Below, one piece after another: positions 25,180 to 40,300 of a stretch of 64,000 bases of DNA. Positions within the stretch are counted from its first letter, which is position 1. Each line of letters starts with the position of its first letter. A program made the translations under genes and the position numbers. The notes below the pieces were generated by a model, which saw only the letters and a program-made list of their open reading frames with translations, was not told the DNA's origin and made no database searches. The stretch comes from Catajapyx aquilonaris (lineage: Eukaryota): assembly GCA_000934665.2 (NCBI GenBank), contig KZ538483.1, positions 1-64,000 of the forward strand, written 5' to 3'.

Positions 25180-26520
25180 GAAGCTGGCCAAAATGCATAT
25201 GGGCCATATTTAGATATATCGAAATCCAATTTTTTGTGATGTCCATGTCTAGCTACAAGAGAATCGAATTTGATTTGTCGATTATATCGAAATTTCATGG
25301 AAAACAAAACAGCCTGTAAACATGTCCAGAATCTATTATTGGTTGGGCATAATCTTAACATATCGAAAATCGATGTTTGATTTGTCAATTCCATTCATGA
25401 TCAATATTTATTGAAAATAAACCGTCCATTTGCATACGATATTATTTTCGGAAATAGATTTTTAATTTGCCTGCGTCTAAATATATCAAAAATCGATGTT
25501 TGATTTTTCCATCACATTTTTGATCGCTATTCTTGAAAATAAACCCAGCCCATATGTTTGTAGCCCATATTTCGATATATCGAAAGTCGATTTTTTTACT
25601 TGTTTAGCTACATCGAGAATCGAATACGATTTGTTCATTATATCGACATTTCTTGAAGACAACTAGCCCATAAGCTTATGCGCCATATATCGAAAATATA
25701 TTTATGATTTGTCCATTACATTTTCGATCGAAATTATTGAAAACAAACCAGCCCATATATGAGTATGGTCAATATTTTGATATACTCGTAGCAAGAATCA
25801 ATTTTTTAAAAAATCCGTATTTCGATATACCGGATTTATGATTTGTCCGTTACATTTTTCGATCAGAATATCTTGAAAACTCAGCATATAGCCCATATTT
25901 CGATATATCAAGAATATATATTTTGATTCGCCTCTATCGCAATGTAACGAAAATCGAAGTTTGTCAATTGTATTTTTTTTGATCGAAATTTTTTCAAAAT
26001 AAGCCAGTTCATATTCATGCTGCTGAAGCCCGTATTTTCAATGACATGAGACAATACATTGAGAGTGGAATGTCAAGTCTATTTTCCTATCGAAATATTT
26101 TAATATCAATCTATATGCAAATGATCTAAATTTCAGATATTAAAAATCGATTTTATGCCCATATTTTGATATATTGCAAATCGATTTTATGCCCATATTT
26201 TGATACATTGCAAATTGATTTTATGCCCATATTTTGATATATCGCAAATGGATTTCATGCCCATATTTTGATATACCGCAAATCGATTTTATGCCCATAT
26301 TTTGATTTATCAAAAATCCATTTTTTGATCAGTCCATATTTCCATGCAACTTATCACAAATATATATTTTAAAATTCATTATCGATATTTTCGACCTCCT
26401 CCTCGTTATCGACTGGCAACCCCAAATCTTTTTGGGAAATCGCCGTGATCGATGATGATGATTTTCGATATATAAGAAATACATGATATGCCCATATATA
26501 TTTTAAAAAAAGATCGATTT
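25180..26520. repeat. ATCGA-rich degenerate satellite incl. ~34-bp AAATCGATTTTATGCCCATATTTTGATATATTGC units
   Basis: Homogeneous units at 26143-26320; recurrent GCCCATATTT and ATCGA words. Confidence 0.8.
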
Positions 26521-27744
26521 TTAATCCCCCTTTTTACGACATATCGGTCTACGGTCTAACGTAAAGTCTTAATGGCTATATAATTGCCCCCCCCCCCCAT
26601 ATTTTTATAGAATGATCATAGATCACTTTACTATCCTAGATCATGGACCCTTCAAGGCACAACAAATGTCCAAAAAAAAGAACCCATATGAACATGGAAT
26701 GTCGGAACAATAATAAATGATGGGGTAGGCGTCGGAGGCGTCGGTGCATCGGTACGTGTACCGTCGGCGGGTGTCCCCCGCGAGTGTTGCCGGATGGTTG
26801 GATGAGTACCTCTCCAGCCTCCTCGTCTCGCATGTTAATGTGATCAGGGGAGATGAAAGGAAAACACCGAGCCGCTACTCGCCTGGAAATTTCCAAATCG
26901 AGTTTCCGAAACGGGAACGGAAATTGGGAGTCCGGAGTGGGTGGCAAAAGGGAGAAGGGGGGGGGAGAGGGGGATGGAGATGTGATGGTGGTGGGGGAGG
27001 GTTGCTAACACTTTTCCACCCAAATTGGATGTTAGGGAGGGACGGGAGGGAAATTGAGGGATTAATCGGTGCGTGGCTTAAAGGACCTATCCATTTGTAC
27101 GTGTTCGTCTGCATTTTGTGGAAGGGGGTATGTAGTAGTACCATGTTTCTCACATATATGGCTGAAACTCTTTCTTATCTCGTACTTTCACCTGTAGGGA
27201 GCGGACACACTTGGGTAGGGCTAAGAAGAGCCGAAGCACGGGGGGCTCCATAAGGCTGGGGTAGGAGTTTGCATATACTCGTATTTCCGTATCCCACACC
27301 TTGCTAGAGTGCTGAGAATCGACTCACCACTTAATGAGTGTTGACTGTATCTATCCAAAGGTTTTTGGCAACACTGGAAAGCTGGGGAATCGAATAGCTG
27401 AGGCTCAGTAAAGTGGAAGGAGTCGAGCGTCAAAGTGTGATGGTGCCCAACACCTCGTGTCTACCCAATCGGAAAAAGTATTTGGTGGAAGGTTGCGGTT
27501 TGCAATGCGAAAACGCCCTATATATGACGTCACTTCCAGCCACCCCCCCCCCAAAAAAAAACAGAAAATATATTTCCCCCCCCCCCCCCCCAAAACAAAA
27601 AAACAAAAAAACAAAAAAACCAACCGACAATTAAAACAATCGCACCCCCCTGCCGCTTTNGGACTTGTCCGGCACAGGCGTCCTGCACTAATTTAAATAG
27701 TTTCTGAGGGAAGCCAGGCGTCTTTTCGACCAGGAATTATACCC

Positions 27745-27784
<40 letters not shown>

Positions 27785-29899
27785 ACACCCACACCCTCAT
27801 ACACAACCCACAACCTCGTTATCTTGGCTGGAAGACCCGAACTTCCATTTTGATGACTTCATTTCAAGGGGTAAATTGTTTGGAGGCTACATTTTTGGTT
27901 AAATGCGGCCGGTTCTAAAAACAAGGGACGGAACGGCCAGAACCACTAGCTTAATCCTAATTAAGTAGAATTTAAATATATACGTGCATACACAATAGCC
28001 GAAAAGTAATATGAAAAAGCTTGAATCGGCAGCCATGACACTTTAGGGCAATCGAAAAATGCTGTCCATTTCTGTAATTGTCTTTTACCCGACTAAATTA
28101 TAATAATTGTTAAGATTAAATTCGGCCTTAGAATATAATTGACGTCACAGGGGCAACGATATCATCATCACTTCATCAGTTTAGCTAATTAATTGATCAC
28201 GCGTATTAAAATTAATAGACAAATTCAATTTAAACAGAACCCAATTAAATTTATGAATTATCAAATTTATTTTATTTAGTAGATCTACCATATTGAATAT
28301 AGTAATTGGCAAATTAATTTAAATCAGTAGATCTACCCGATTGGATTTAGTAATTAACAAATTTATTTTATCAGGGCCAAATTTAATATTTGTAATTAGT
28401 AAATTTTTATTAGTGCCGAATTAAATTTTGTAGCTAACAAATTTAATTTATTTCCTTGCCAAATTATGTTTGGTTAATTATCGGGTTAATTTATTTAACA
28501 AATGCAATAACAATCACCCAATTAAATTCAGTAATTATCCAGATGAATCAATAATAACTCACAGATTGATCCTTAAATATATTAATAGGCTAATAACTCA
28601 ATATATTAACAGGTTAATAATTCCAATTATTTACTACGTACATACCTCCGATATATTAAGTTTATTTACTACATACCTACGGTATATTAAGTTTATTTAC
28701 TAATGTACATGCTTATATTAAGAGGTTATTTACTGAATATACCAAGTTAAAAATGGATAAATATGTTAACAGCCATATTGATTAATGAGTTATAATATTA
28801 CTAAATAAATCGACATTAAATTGCAGAATAACATTAATTTATGAAATGAAGATGGCTAATAAAATATAATTGCACAAACACAACGTAATAAATTTGAGTA
28901 TAATTTTGAGTATAATAATTTTTTTGAGTATAATAAATAAATTTGAGTATAATTTGAGTAAACACAACGTAATAAAATAATATATATATATATCTACTGT
29001 AACACAGGCCTTACATGTTTCAATATAACATAATTTATTTATACTCAAATTAACAGCCGCGTATTAACTATATTAACCTACTTACTATAAATGAAGGCTG
29101 ACCGGATGAGACGTACCTGTGACGTCAGTTCCGGTCCGTTCCCCCTCCTATCCGGTGGTCAGCCCTGCAATTCCGTGCACTTAAAGAGGGCGCCCAAATT
29201 GGGCGTTGAGGCGGGCAAGAAACTAATCAAAGGCGTTATAAACACAGGTTGAATTGAGGGGTGCACTTGACCTAGCGGTTGTCACAATTTGAGCTGGTAA
29301 TTAGCACCAGGGCCTCTCTACACCTGTCACCCTGTGGGCGCCTCAAGTTTTATGTCCTATTATCAGTCATTAGTAGGATAGGGAGGGCCTTAATTACAAC
29401 CTTTTTGGCCTTCCTTCGACAGGGGCCGCTCGCCTGTCTATAAATTAATTTTATACCCATTTCGCGCCCATTTTTCTGTCCAATATTGGGTTATGTGTAT
29501 CTTAATATTTTTCTCTCTCCCCCCTCTTTAAGGAAGGAAGAGCCTGATGATCCTGATTTTGAAACCACTTTTGGTAGCGTGTATACTTGAAGGGGGGAAC
29601 ACTATATGATGGTAGAGATTAGCGTATTGGGTATAACACCGATCAGGTTTCACCCTCCTACCAGCCAGGGGGACTCTGATCTGTTTCCCTCCAATCTGAG
29701 GTTAGGTTAGTGAAGTCATCGGGTTGCCCAATCTCCACGGAGACATTTCTGGGAAGCTCATGCATATTGAACATGACCGAGGGGAAATGAAGAGGGGGGA
29801 GGAGGAGGGGGGGGGGTTAGAGTTTAACCAGTGATTCGGACAAACTAAGACTAAGTCACTCGTGGTCGTGATCTAATGACACACATGCTGCCCACAGCC

Positions 29900-30570
29900 T
29901 ATTTGTGAGACTATATATAGCCTCGTCATAGGCTCTGTATAGAAGCTCTAGCCTCAATCTAGGCCTTCCACTACTTCATATAAAACTCTAGCCTCGAATT
30001 AGGCACTCACGACTCTATATAGCCTCGTCTTAGGCTCCATACACAAACTCTAGTCTCACTCCAGGCCCACACCCCACATTCCAGGTTGCCCGCAGCATAT
30101 TTGTGAGACTACACTCGTCTTAGGCTCCTTATACAAACTCTAGCCTCGTCTTAGGCTCCTTATACAAACTCTAGCCTCGCCTTAGGCTCCTTATACAAAC
30201 TCTAGCCTCGTCTTAGGCTCCTTATACAAACTCTAGCCTCGTCTTAGGCTCCTTATACAAACTCTAGCCTCGTCTTAGGCACTCACGACTCTATGTAGCC
30301 TCGTCTTAGGTTCTTTATACAAACTCTAGCCTCGCCTTAGGCTCCTTATACAAACTCTAGCCTCGTTTTAGGCATTCACGACTCTATATAGCCTCGTCTT
30401 AGGCTCCATACACAAACTCTAGCCTCACACCAGGCCCACAGCCCACATTCCAGGTTGCCCACAGCATATTTGTGAGATTGTAGCCTCGTATTAGGCTCCA
30501 TATACACACTCTAGCCTCGTCTTAGGCTCTTACGACTCCATACTAAACTCTAGCCTCGTCCCAGGCCATC
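29900..30570. repeat. ~29-bp minisatellite TAGCCTCGTCTTAGGCTCCTTATACAAACTC-like, with higher-order duplication
   Basis: Tandem units; the CCCACATTCCAGGTTGCCC..AGCATATTTGTGAGA block recurs at ~30072 and ~30442. Confidence 0.92.
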
Positions 30571-32269
30571 CACGACACCGACACGTCACAAGCGCAAGTT
30601 TGTCCGAATCATAAGTTCATAACAGTTCAATGGAAAACTGACGAATTTTCACCCGCGGTTTGTACTGTCAGCTGTGTATGACGTTCAGTGCGGTGTGTAC
30701 AGTCGGTGTATGTCAAAAATCGGTTTTTACCAGGGTACGTTTTTTTCATCGGTTGAACAAACGAGTTAGCGTTTCTAATGACGACAATAATTCAACCCTT
30801 GCCTTTTGATACACGCACATCCCTTTGGGAAGGAAGAGACTTCTTCTGGTTCGGGTTGACCACACTTGGGAACATCACGCCCCCGGATGATTGCCGCCGA
30901 TTACAGGGCACAGGTCCGTTGCAATCTCTCCGCAATCTTGTCCTGGGGTGTGATTACCGGCAGACCTTCCGGGGACACGGTTTTTGGACCCTCCCAAAAA
31001 ATCCTCTTGGAGCTCTCCAATTGAGACATTTTCCTTGCTACCACTTTCTCCACCGGTTATTGCAGGAGGAACTGCGGTTCCTAGTCCAAGCAATGAGTTG
31101 ACCTCTTCGGACTGTCGGTTTTTACAGGCCGACTCTATAGTATTAAACTTGATGGAAATCGGGCAAATTCACAACTCTGTTCGATAGTATCGTCCTTCCC
31201 GTTTATCCGTCCTCCTGAATTCCCAACAGTTACCAGCACTATAATTTGTGTTGCGACTGGTCGTGCCAGAGGTACCGATGCCGCCCAGAAGCCAATTCGT
31301 GACCAGCCCCACCTGGAAGTTGAGACAAATTGGTGCAAAGTCGCGAGATGGCGGCCATCTTTGAGACCTCCCATATAGGGGGGGACACAAAATTATCGGA
31401 CATTGCTTCCTTTTTACATACGCCACATTTTTTTGGGTAGGTCTGATTGCAGGTCCAATTTAGCAATTATCTTAGATTGTGGGGTATATCTATGCCGCAG
31501 CTACTGTTTTTAGGTTTTGGTGGTCTACCGCACTGTCCATTTTGTCCCGAATGGAATCTGGAATGGTCACGATCTGTTTGTTGTATGTTAAGCCGTCCAA
31601 AAATTTTTTGTTTCGGACAGTAACCACCCATGAAATGTCCTATCATCGACCCTGCGAGGGTGATGGTTTTGGTGACAACATTTGTGACACTTATTCCCAT
31701 GTTAGTCGACACACTCATGGCTGGAGTGGCATTTGCAGAAGTTTGGCCAGCAGCACAGAGGGGAGGATGAATCTCTCCTTTTTCCCTTCCCCAGGGGATG
31801 ATGGGAAATGAGTGGATGGGCAGATGGTCACCCTGCTTCTGCTGGATCCCCCCCTCCCCTCCCCCCCATCTCCCGAAACACTGTCGCTAGCACAACAATC
31901 GATTTCTCTGCAGGACCAGGGTTTCTCTTATATTATTCTCCATCCCCCCCAGGCCCACAGACTCTATATTTCGCATGAATTTTCCAACTGTTGCCTCGAG
32001 CCATGAACATTATTTCCTCAGCTCCAATCTTATTGTTGGGGCCAGTGATTTGTTGAAAATTTTATGTCCTGTATAAGATATGATCCGCAGGATCAAAATT
32101 TTTGAGCAAGTTTCTTTCCCTGAGTGTATACAAACATGTACTTGCAAATTCCATGCTAGTTGTAATGTAGGCCTAAAGGAATTATCCCGGATATGCCTCG
32201 AGCCCTATATATTTTAAACTTTAATCTATTACATCTTTGACTAATATTTTAAGCTGCATCATAAGTAAC

Positions 32270-33150
32270 ATTTAACCATGCCTTTAACCAGCTCTTGCTT
32301 TAACTAATATGTAACAATTTCTTTAAATGCTATTTATACTGAATTTGAACTAATATTTATACTGAATTTGAACTAATATATTTTGTACTCAATTTGAACT
32401 AATAATTGTACTGAATTTGAACTAATATTTGTACTCAATTTGAACTAATATTTGTACTCAATTTGAACTAATATTTATACTGTATTTTACCTAATGTTTT
32501 AAGCAATCTTTTACTAATATTTAACCTATACAGGGTGTTTCCAAATTCGTTGGTTGTTTTTTATAACTGATATCGCCCGATACCATATTTTTAGCCGTCC
32601 CTTTCGCCATCTATTCAGCTATTGTTTAACCATAACTTTAGCCAATATTTAACCTTAACTTTAGCTAATATTTAACAATACCTTTAATATGTAACCATAT
32701 ATACCTTTAACTAATATGTAGCCATTTCTTTCAATTATATTTTAAACTGCACATTAAAGTAATATTTGAGACCGTGTTTTAACTAATATTTTAAACTGTA
32801 TTTGAACTAATTTGAACTGTATTTTAACTAATTTGAACTGTATTTTAACTAATTTGAACTGTATTTTAACTAATTCTTTAAATTGCACATTAAAGTAATA
32901 TTTGAGACTAAATTTGAACTAATATTTCAAACTGTATTTGAACTAATATTTCAAACTGTATTTGGACTAATATTTCAAACTGTATTTGAACTAATATTTC
33001 AAACTGTATTTGAACTAATTTTAACTGTATTTTAACCACAATATTTAAGTATATCTTTTACTAATATGATTGTAGCCATCTCATCAGCTAATATTTAACC
33101 ACATCATTAGCTAATATTTTAACCATACCTTTAGCTACTGTTTTAACTAC
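32270..33150. repeat. TTTGAACTAATATTT-based AT-rich minisatellites
   Basis: Tandem 21-26-bp units. Confidence 0.8.
32531..32620 (+). mobile_element. Tc1/mariner-like terminus remnant (TA|CAGGGTG)
   Basis: Shares ATAACTGATATCGCCCGATA and CGCCATCTA with 7110-7212. Confidence 0.6.
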
Positions 33151-34489
33151 TTGTAGTTACATAACACTTGCACAAATGCTACTATTTTAGTGATTATGTT
33201 AGTTCTTCATTTCTGTTCATAATATGTACAGTACATATCGATTGAAAAAAATGAACAAAAATTCGGGCCTATCCGGGTTATGTATAATTATCTGGTAAAA
33301 TCTAATCCCACTCAATTTTTAACTGCTACCTGGGTGTGTAGGCTACAAAATATTATGCATAAGCAACAAGGGATTACACCCGGTCAAAAATGGCCCGACT
33401 TAATGATCACTTCATAAAATTTGGGGGGGGGGGGCCTTAAATTTTGATAAAGCAGGACTTGGATGTAATCACCTCACACACCATTATTTAAAAGCCGGTT
33501 TTTCTAGCTCGCATTACTGTCATTAACCCGTGGTCAAAAACGGTGTGACTTAGACCCATTTTCACCATCTGTCTTCGACCCCCTTTTGCTGGTAAAATAC
33601 TAACCAGATTAAAGAGGGAGGGAGGGAGGGATTCTGCTAACTTGATATTTAAAAAAAAAAACATCCCATGCGCCATGCCCCCCTTCTCCTATCCTTCTCC
33701 TATCTCTAGGGAGCACGTATATAAAAAGGGTCCGGAGAGTAAGCATATCAAACCGGTTTGCATATCAAACGCTCATCCGGGGGAAAGAAAATTAAGCGTG
33801 CTTAATGCGACGTTTGCTTAAGAGACCCCTGGCGGAAAAAGGGGAAGAGGGAGGGAAAAAAAAAGTTCTTTAAAAATGCAAAAAACTAATTTTATGTGAT
33901 GATAGAGAGACGATAGAAATTGTTGCAGTTACGTAGAAATAACCGTTTCAATTGTTATATAATATTGTCTGCATCCTAAATCCAATTGTGGCGGTTTTGA
34001 GTTATATAACCGTTACGTTATATACCAAGTCGGATTTTTTCTGCTCGTGTCTATCATCTGGTGAAGTCATAATGAGCCAGCAAGACATGATTTTATGTCT
34101 TTGCTCGCATGTAAACAAGTGCAAGATGAAATCTTTGCCTTATTTCCAAAAATAATAATTAAAAAAAATTAAAGTTGATTTCTCCTACTGGTATGTTTAC
34201 GATATGATCGCGTGATAATTCAGCAACCATCACTTGCATATACAGCAGGCCTTTACACTTGAGAAATGTTTCTCTTAAAAATTCTCAACTGCACATCTTT
34301 GCTCATCAATTTTTTAGCTAATATTTTAACTCCACTTTTAATATCGTAATTATCTTCAGCTAATTTTCATCTGCCCTTAGCTATAAATTATAACTCTGTC
34401 TTTAGCTAATACTTTAACTGATTTTTAGTATTTCAGCTGGTTCTTTAGTAAATGCTGTTTTAACTGCTTCTTTACCTATAATGGTTTAG

Positions 34490-34970
34490 CAATTTCTTTA
34501 ACTGATATTTTAACAATTTCTTTAACTGATATTTTCAGTAACCATTTCTTTAACTGATATTTTCAGTAACCATTTCTTTAACTGATATTTTCAGTAACCA
34601 TTTCTTTAACTGATATTTTCAGTAACCATTTCTTTAACTGATATTTTCAGTAACCATTTCTTTAACTGATATTTTCAGTAACCATTTCTTTAACTGATAT
34701 TTTCAGTAACCATTTCTTTAACTGATATTTCAACTATACCTAACTGATTTTTTTTTACTCCGTACAGTACTTAACTATACATTTGCGAACTTTTCTCTGA
34801 AAAATACTCTCTGGTAAATTTTGTTTAACTAATATTCTAGCCATTATTTGTTTAACTAATATTTTAACTATACCTAACTGGTATTTTTACTCCTTAAACT
34901 ATACCCTTGCGAACTTTTCTCTGAAAAATACTCTCTGGTAAATTTCTTGAACCATAATATTCCAAAAATT
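34490..34970. repeat. 28-bp perfect minisatellite ACCATTTCTTTAACTGATATTTTCAGTA plus a ~125-bp duplication
   Basis: About 7 units from 34541; TTGCGAACTTTTCTCTGAAAAATACTCTCTGGTAAATTT occurs twice. Confidence 0.92.
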
Positions 34971-37900
34971 CATTTAACTAATTTTATATACGGTACTGTG
35001 TATATTTTTCGTTCAAATTTTAACTATGTTTAAGTATAGATATATTTGCGAACTTTTTTTTCTTCTTCCAAGACGCAGGCCTATACTTAGCTGTTCTTCA
35101 CTTGCATAGGCCTACCAAAAAAAAAGGTGTTTTGAAGGATGCTCCTTCATTTTTTTTTGTACCGACCGGATTTTCGCACAATTTTGGCGACATACCACCC
35201 CGGCCATTGTCAACACCAGCTGCTGCCAAACCCTACTTAAACCGTTCCGCAAATCAACCAGGACGGCTAGTTAGATACCACCCGTCCCTTCCAACCCAAT
35301 CTCCGGAACGACTCGCCACATTAGAAACAAGTGACAAAACGCTTTTTTTTTTTTGAAGAGGGGGGGGGGGGGCAAAGGGGGNNNNNNNNNNNNNNNNNNN
35401 NNNNNNNNNNNNNNNNNNNNNNNNNNNNNNNNNNNNNNNNNNNNNNNNNNNNNNNNNNNNNNNNNNNNNNNNNNNNNNNNNNNNNNNNNNNNNNNNNGTT
35501 AGCCAGCCCAGTTTTCTGTGCCTCATTGTTGGGAATGATTGCATTAACTTCTGGACCCGCAATCTGTTCTACTTCCAGAAGGATTCGGTCCGGAGGGGTG
35601 GGGTGGGGGTGGGGATGCTGGAAGGGAAGAGGGGGGGGGGGGTTGACATCAATGGTTATTGAGTTATGCGCACTTTTTTTATTATTTAAAAGGATGATAA
35701 TTGAGACCTCCCATGGCGACACTCACTTGGCTTGGAGTCACCAGAAGGGGGATGGTGGTTTTAACAATGTTTCCTGCCAAGTCTTTTGTGGATCGGGAAA
35801 GCCCAACAATATAGGAAAGGTTTTCTTCAATTGGACCTGCGTTTTGAAAAAAATGACTGTTGGGAACAGAACAATTTCTTTGGGAGAACTAATATACTGG
35901 TACTAATGTATTACAGCAGAACTCGAAAGAGTTCCAATTATAAATAGTTATATTATTAATTGTTTTATTTATGCAGTTATTTACTGATTGGTGAATTTGT
36001 CTATCTGTAGTTTATTTTATTTATTTAATTCGCCGTAATGTTTTACCAACATCACCAGTTTCGAGGGATATTAACCCCAAACCTACAGTTTCATGCCCAG
36101 TAATAACACTGTAGTAAACTATCCGCATAGTGCATAGTTACAGTGCAATCTTCACAGTGTAATGCCAACTTGGTGTAATATGAGCCGAACTCTTTTCAAG
36201 AGTATAAGGCGTAATCTTCCAGAGGCAACAAATTGCAAAAAAAAAAAATCTTTTGGATAAAAAAAAACCCTTGTGAGCTCCAGGGAGAAGGGTCTGGAGA
36301 GGAGGGATGGGGTGGGTGTTCCTCCCCTCCCTCCCTCCCTCCCCGGTCCAAAGCCCTGCACCTTTGGGAGGCTGGAGGAAATGTATTGATTTTTCCCGCT
36401 CTTTTCTCTCTCCTCCTCCTCCTCCTCCTCTCGCCACTTGTCCATCTATAGTCCCCCCACCAGCCAGACCCCACCAATAGCAAGCCAGCTCACTCCTTAC
36501 AGGCTACGAGCCTCTATACCTTCTTTTTCTCCTTCCCTTCACCTTCACCCCTTCCCTTGCATCATATATGGGTTTTCTTTTTAAACCTCCTAAGGCAGAG
36601 TCGCCCTCTTGTTTGTTGCCATGCTAACAAAAAAGACATACCAGGTAGTGCAGGTAGGCACTATTTGATGATCACTAGTGTTAGTCATATCCATCGTTTG
36701 TGCTTTTGAAGTAGTGCCAGGACTGTTCAAGATGGCGCCCGCCCGTCGCCTTTAATTAAGCAGCATTTAAATGTGCTTGGGTTTTAACACGATATTATGA
36801 CTAAATATTGTTGTGCCAAGTACTATCAATCTTTTGAAGTAAATTTGGTGCCTTTCTGTGCATCAGAATCGTCGTATCTTTGGACCAAAACCGCGAGATG
36901 AGGTGTCCCAAACATGGCCGCCGGGCGTTATAGGGCTGAGAACCCGTAATCACGCTCTGATTTCTTGGGTTGATGCCTGTGCATGCATATTAAAACGCAG
37001 GTCCATAAAACCCTCCTCGTTTTAATGTACGAGACTGTTTTATTTAGCCGTAATTTTATGTTTTAAAAAAATGTCGGTTAGAGGATCGGAAAAGCGGCGT
37101 CGCTTGCATCAGACGAAAACTCCCCACGTTTACACCCCATGAAGATACAAAGTGCGTGTAAAATTTTAAGTACCATGCTCCTGGCATTATTGACTCTAAA
37201 AAAAATATTTGCAGCATTTTTTTTTGTAGGGAGCCAAAAGGAACACTTCCCAAGAAAATGGCGACCATTGCTACGATCGATCTCTTGAACTCCCCACACG
37301 TCTTCACCATTTCGCCAATCCCATGCCTTTTTTTAAAAAAAACTTCTCAATGACTCATCTAAATAGCCAATATCCGCAATTTCGCTCAAAATATTCATCC
37401 ATTTCCGGTCCTTGTAAGTATGTCTGAAAAAAATGGTATGGCATATATGACAAGTTTCATTATCAGCAACCCTCATAAGTCTGTCCCACCCAAAATCCAA
37501 AAAACCCAAACTGTGTCAGGTGATGTAATTATTTCCCTTCCGTTTGCATGATGGGATTTCTAACCTAATCATTGAGTTGTTATTTCATTTTATATCACTC
37601 CAATTCGATAACATTTGGCTGGAAGGCTTGAAGGGTAGTAGAGGGGGGGGGGAACTCCTCGCTCTGAATCATCGTCAAAATTCACTTTTTGCAAATCGCA
37701 TCATTTTGCACGAGCTAGTGCAAATTTTAGGAGGGGGAGAGAAAATCCCGCGTTATTTTTGGAGTGGACAAAATTGATCGCAAACTTTGTCACACACTTG
37801 ACAATGAAATGTATTGGGTAGGCAAATTGCGTTGGGGTTTTTTTTTTTTGTTTGAAAAATTGGTAAACTTTTTGGAACATGTGCAATTATTTTGTTGCGG

Positions 37901-39984
37901 ACTAATTTGCATTTTTATAATTTTCGTTGCATTTGTTGCGTTATTATTGTTTTTGATGCTTCATTTCACACATATCTTCATACACAGCATTGTTTGCTCT
38001 GTGGTGAAATTTCTAGAAAACTAGAATTTAATTGTTGAAAGTCATTTTGTCGGAATAAATGCCGAAACTGATTAATCAATAATAACAATTTTTGTATGCT
38101 TAATATATTAATATTCTGACTATTGCACATAATTATACAGCATTGTGTGCTACGCTCTGAAAATTATTGTTGCATTTAGCGATTTTTTTCTGTAGCCAAA
38201 ATGGCTACACTTTTCATCCGTGACCATCAATTCGCCAAAAATTATTTCAATTGCACTATACGCCGTCTTAAAAATTTAAGCATTAAATAGAATTAATTTG
38301 CTCAAATAATTACACCATGAAAATTTACAAATTAATAACATTTGTTATTAATTATTATTACATCCAAGAAGGACTTACGCACGTTCTAGTTAATTTTTGA
38401 CTTCTCAAAAATCGTGCCTAATATTAAAAATTGCACACAATATTGATCAAATCTAATTAAACTAAATTAATCCAATGAATTATGAACAGCATTAACACAA
38501 TAATTCCGGGATGGATTATGGTAAATATTAATAATAAATATGTACATTGTACAGGTAGGGTAACCAATGTGAATAACAAAATTTTAAAATAATTCTATAA
38601 CGGATAGTGATAGCGAATAATAACCCACATATATTAATAAATTAAATTATTTAAAAATTTATACCGACTGTATGTCCACAAGATTTTATTATCATTGACC
38701 TGTATGACCTATGTATACTTATGCATACCCATTTTGAAATTTTTTTAAAAAAATCGATGCCGATGGCAAACCATCGCAAATTTTTTCAAAAAAAAAAAGT
38801 TTAATTTACTAACGTCACAATTAGGATGAGCGACGTTTCTTGTCCGAAAAAAACTGAGGGATTCGAAAGGGGGGGCCGGTTGAAATGTACACACAAGAGA
38901 TACAGTATATATCCTGCCATCAACGAGTAGGATTAAGGGAGCTGAGATGAGGGGGGAAGGGGGGGGGGAGCTTTTTTTTGAATTAAAAGGGCCTCCCCCC
39001 CTATACCCCCCCTTTCCGTCGGTCTTTTTTTTTTCTTTAATCAAACGGGCGGTGGCGCGCATCAAAAGAAGAGGGTCCAATTTCCGATCGAAGGAAAAGA
39101 GACAAGACGAAAATCCTCTTCCACTTGCTCCTGAGGGACTTACAGGACTTACAGGGAGGGAAAAAAAGGAGAGGGAGAGAGGCTCTCCCTATACTCCTCT
39201 CCCCCTTTGAAAACGAAAAAAAGGGAGAGTGGATGCTGGAGTGATTGCCAAGTCCAGATTAGAAAATTTTGAATTGGGCCTCCAGTTGGACCAGATTTCA
39301 CTCGTTCTTTGGCCTAAATTTGAGTAACAACAAAGTATGAAGATATTTTGGAGTTAAAAATATTTGGTAATTTTTGTGATAATTTTTAACTCAGTTTGAC
39401 GTAACTTATAGCGGATGGGTCGATTTTAGTAGAAATAAATTTAATTAATTAAACATTACAACTACACAAATTAAATAATATCACTGTTGTTTTGAGTTAT
39501 TTACACCACAAAGTAGCGTAATAGTATCTTTATTGCATGATGAAGCCCATTTAGTTCTAAATATTCATAATGAGCCAGCATTTTCTGCCCATTTGAGCTG
39601 GATTATATCGAAACTTTTTTTTTTTAAACTCACAAGCTAGTGAGATACCCACAATATTAGTCATGGATTAAAAACTAAAACGTAAAATTCGGCTCAATTT
39701 TTTTTTAAGTTTGCTATTGAGTCACTTTTACGTAAAAATTACAAGAAAGGCTACGTCAACAATTTTTTTTTGTAATTGCCTTTAAAATCATAGAACTCGT
39801 GCCAATTTTTGAGCGAATTTGACTGCAAATGTTGAATGAAATGTTTGAGTGAAAAATATTACTCAAACTGAGCCTCAAACAATATTCGAATTGGCGGCGA
39901 TTTTGCGAGATGTAATTATAATTTGAATTTTGAGTGAATTATACACTTATTCAATAATTGAGTACACAACAATCGGGCAATAAT

Positions 39985-40300
39985 CGCAAATTGAATTTAA
40001 ATAAATTTGAAATAATCACAAATTGAATTGCACCTTAATTGTGAAATAATGGCAATTAAATTTAAAATAAAATTTAAAAATGACAAATTTGATAAAATTT
40101 GAACTAATGACAAATTGAATTACATCTTAATTGTGAAATAATGGCAATTAAAATTAAAACGAAATTTTAAAATCACAAATTTGATTGAATTTGGACTAAT
40201 CACAAATTGAAATACATCTTAATTGTGAAATAATGGCAATTAAATTTAAAATAAAATTTAAAAATGACAAATTTGACTGAATTAAAAATAATCACAAAAT
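39985..40300. repeat. ~95-110-bp AT-rich tandem repeat x3
   Basis: CTTAATTGTGAAATAATGGCAATTAAA occurs three times. Confidence 0.8.

Noticed and set aside
29900..30570. CRISPR-like repeat array
   Set aside because: Head-to-tail minisatellite without spacers.
35321..35906. ORFs spanning the N gap
   Set aside because: Length inflated by the assembly gap at 35382-35497.
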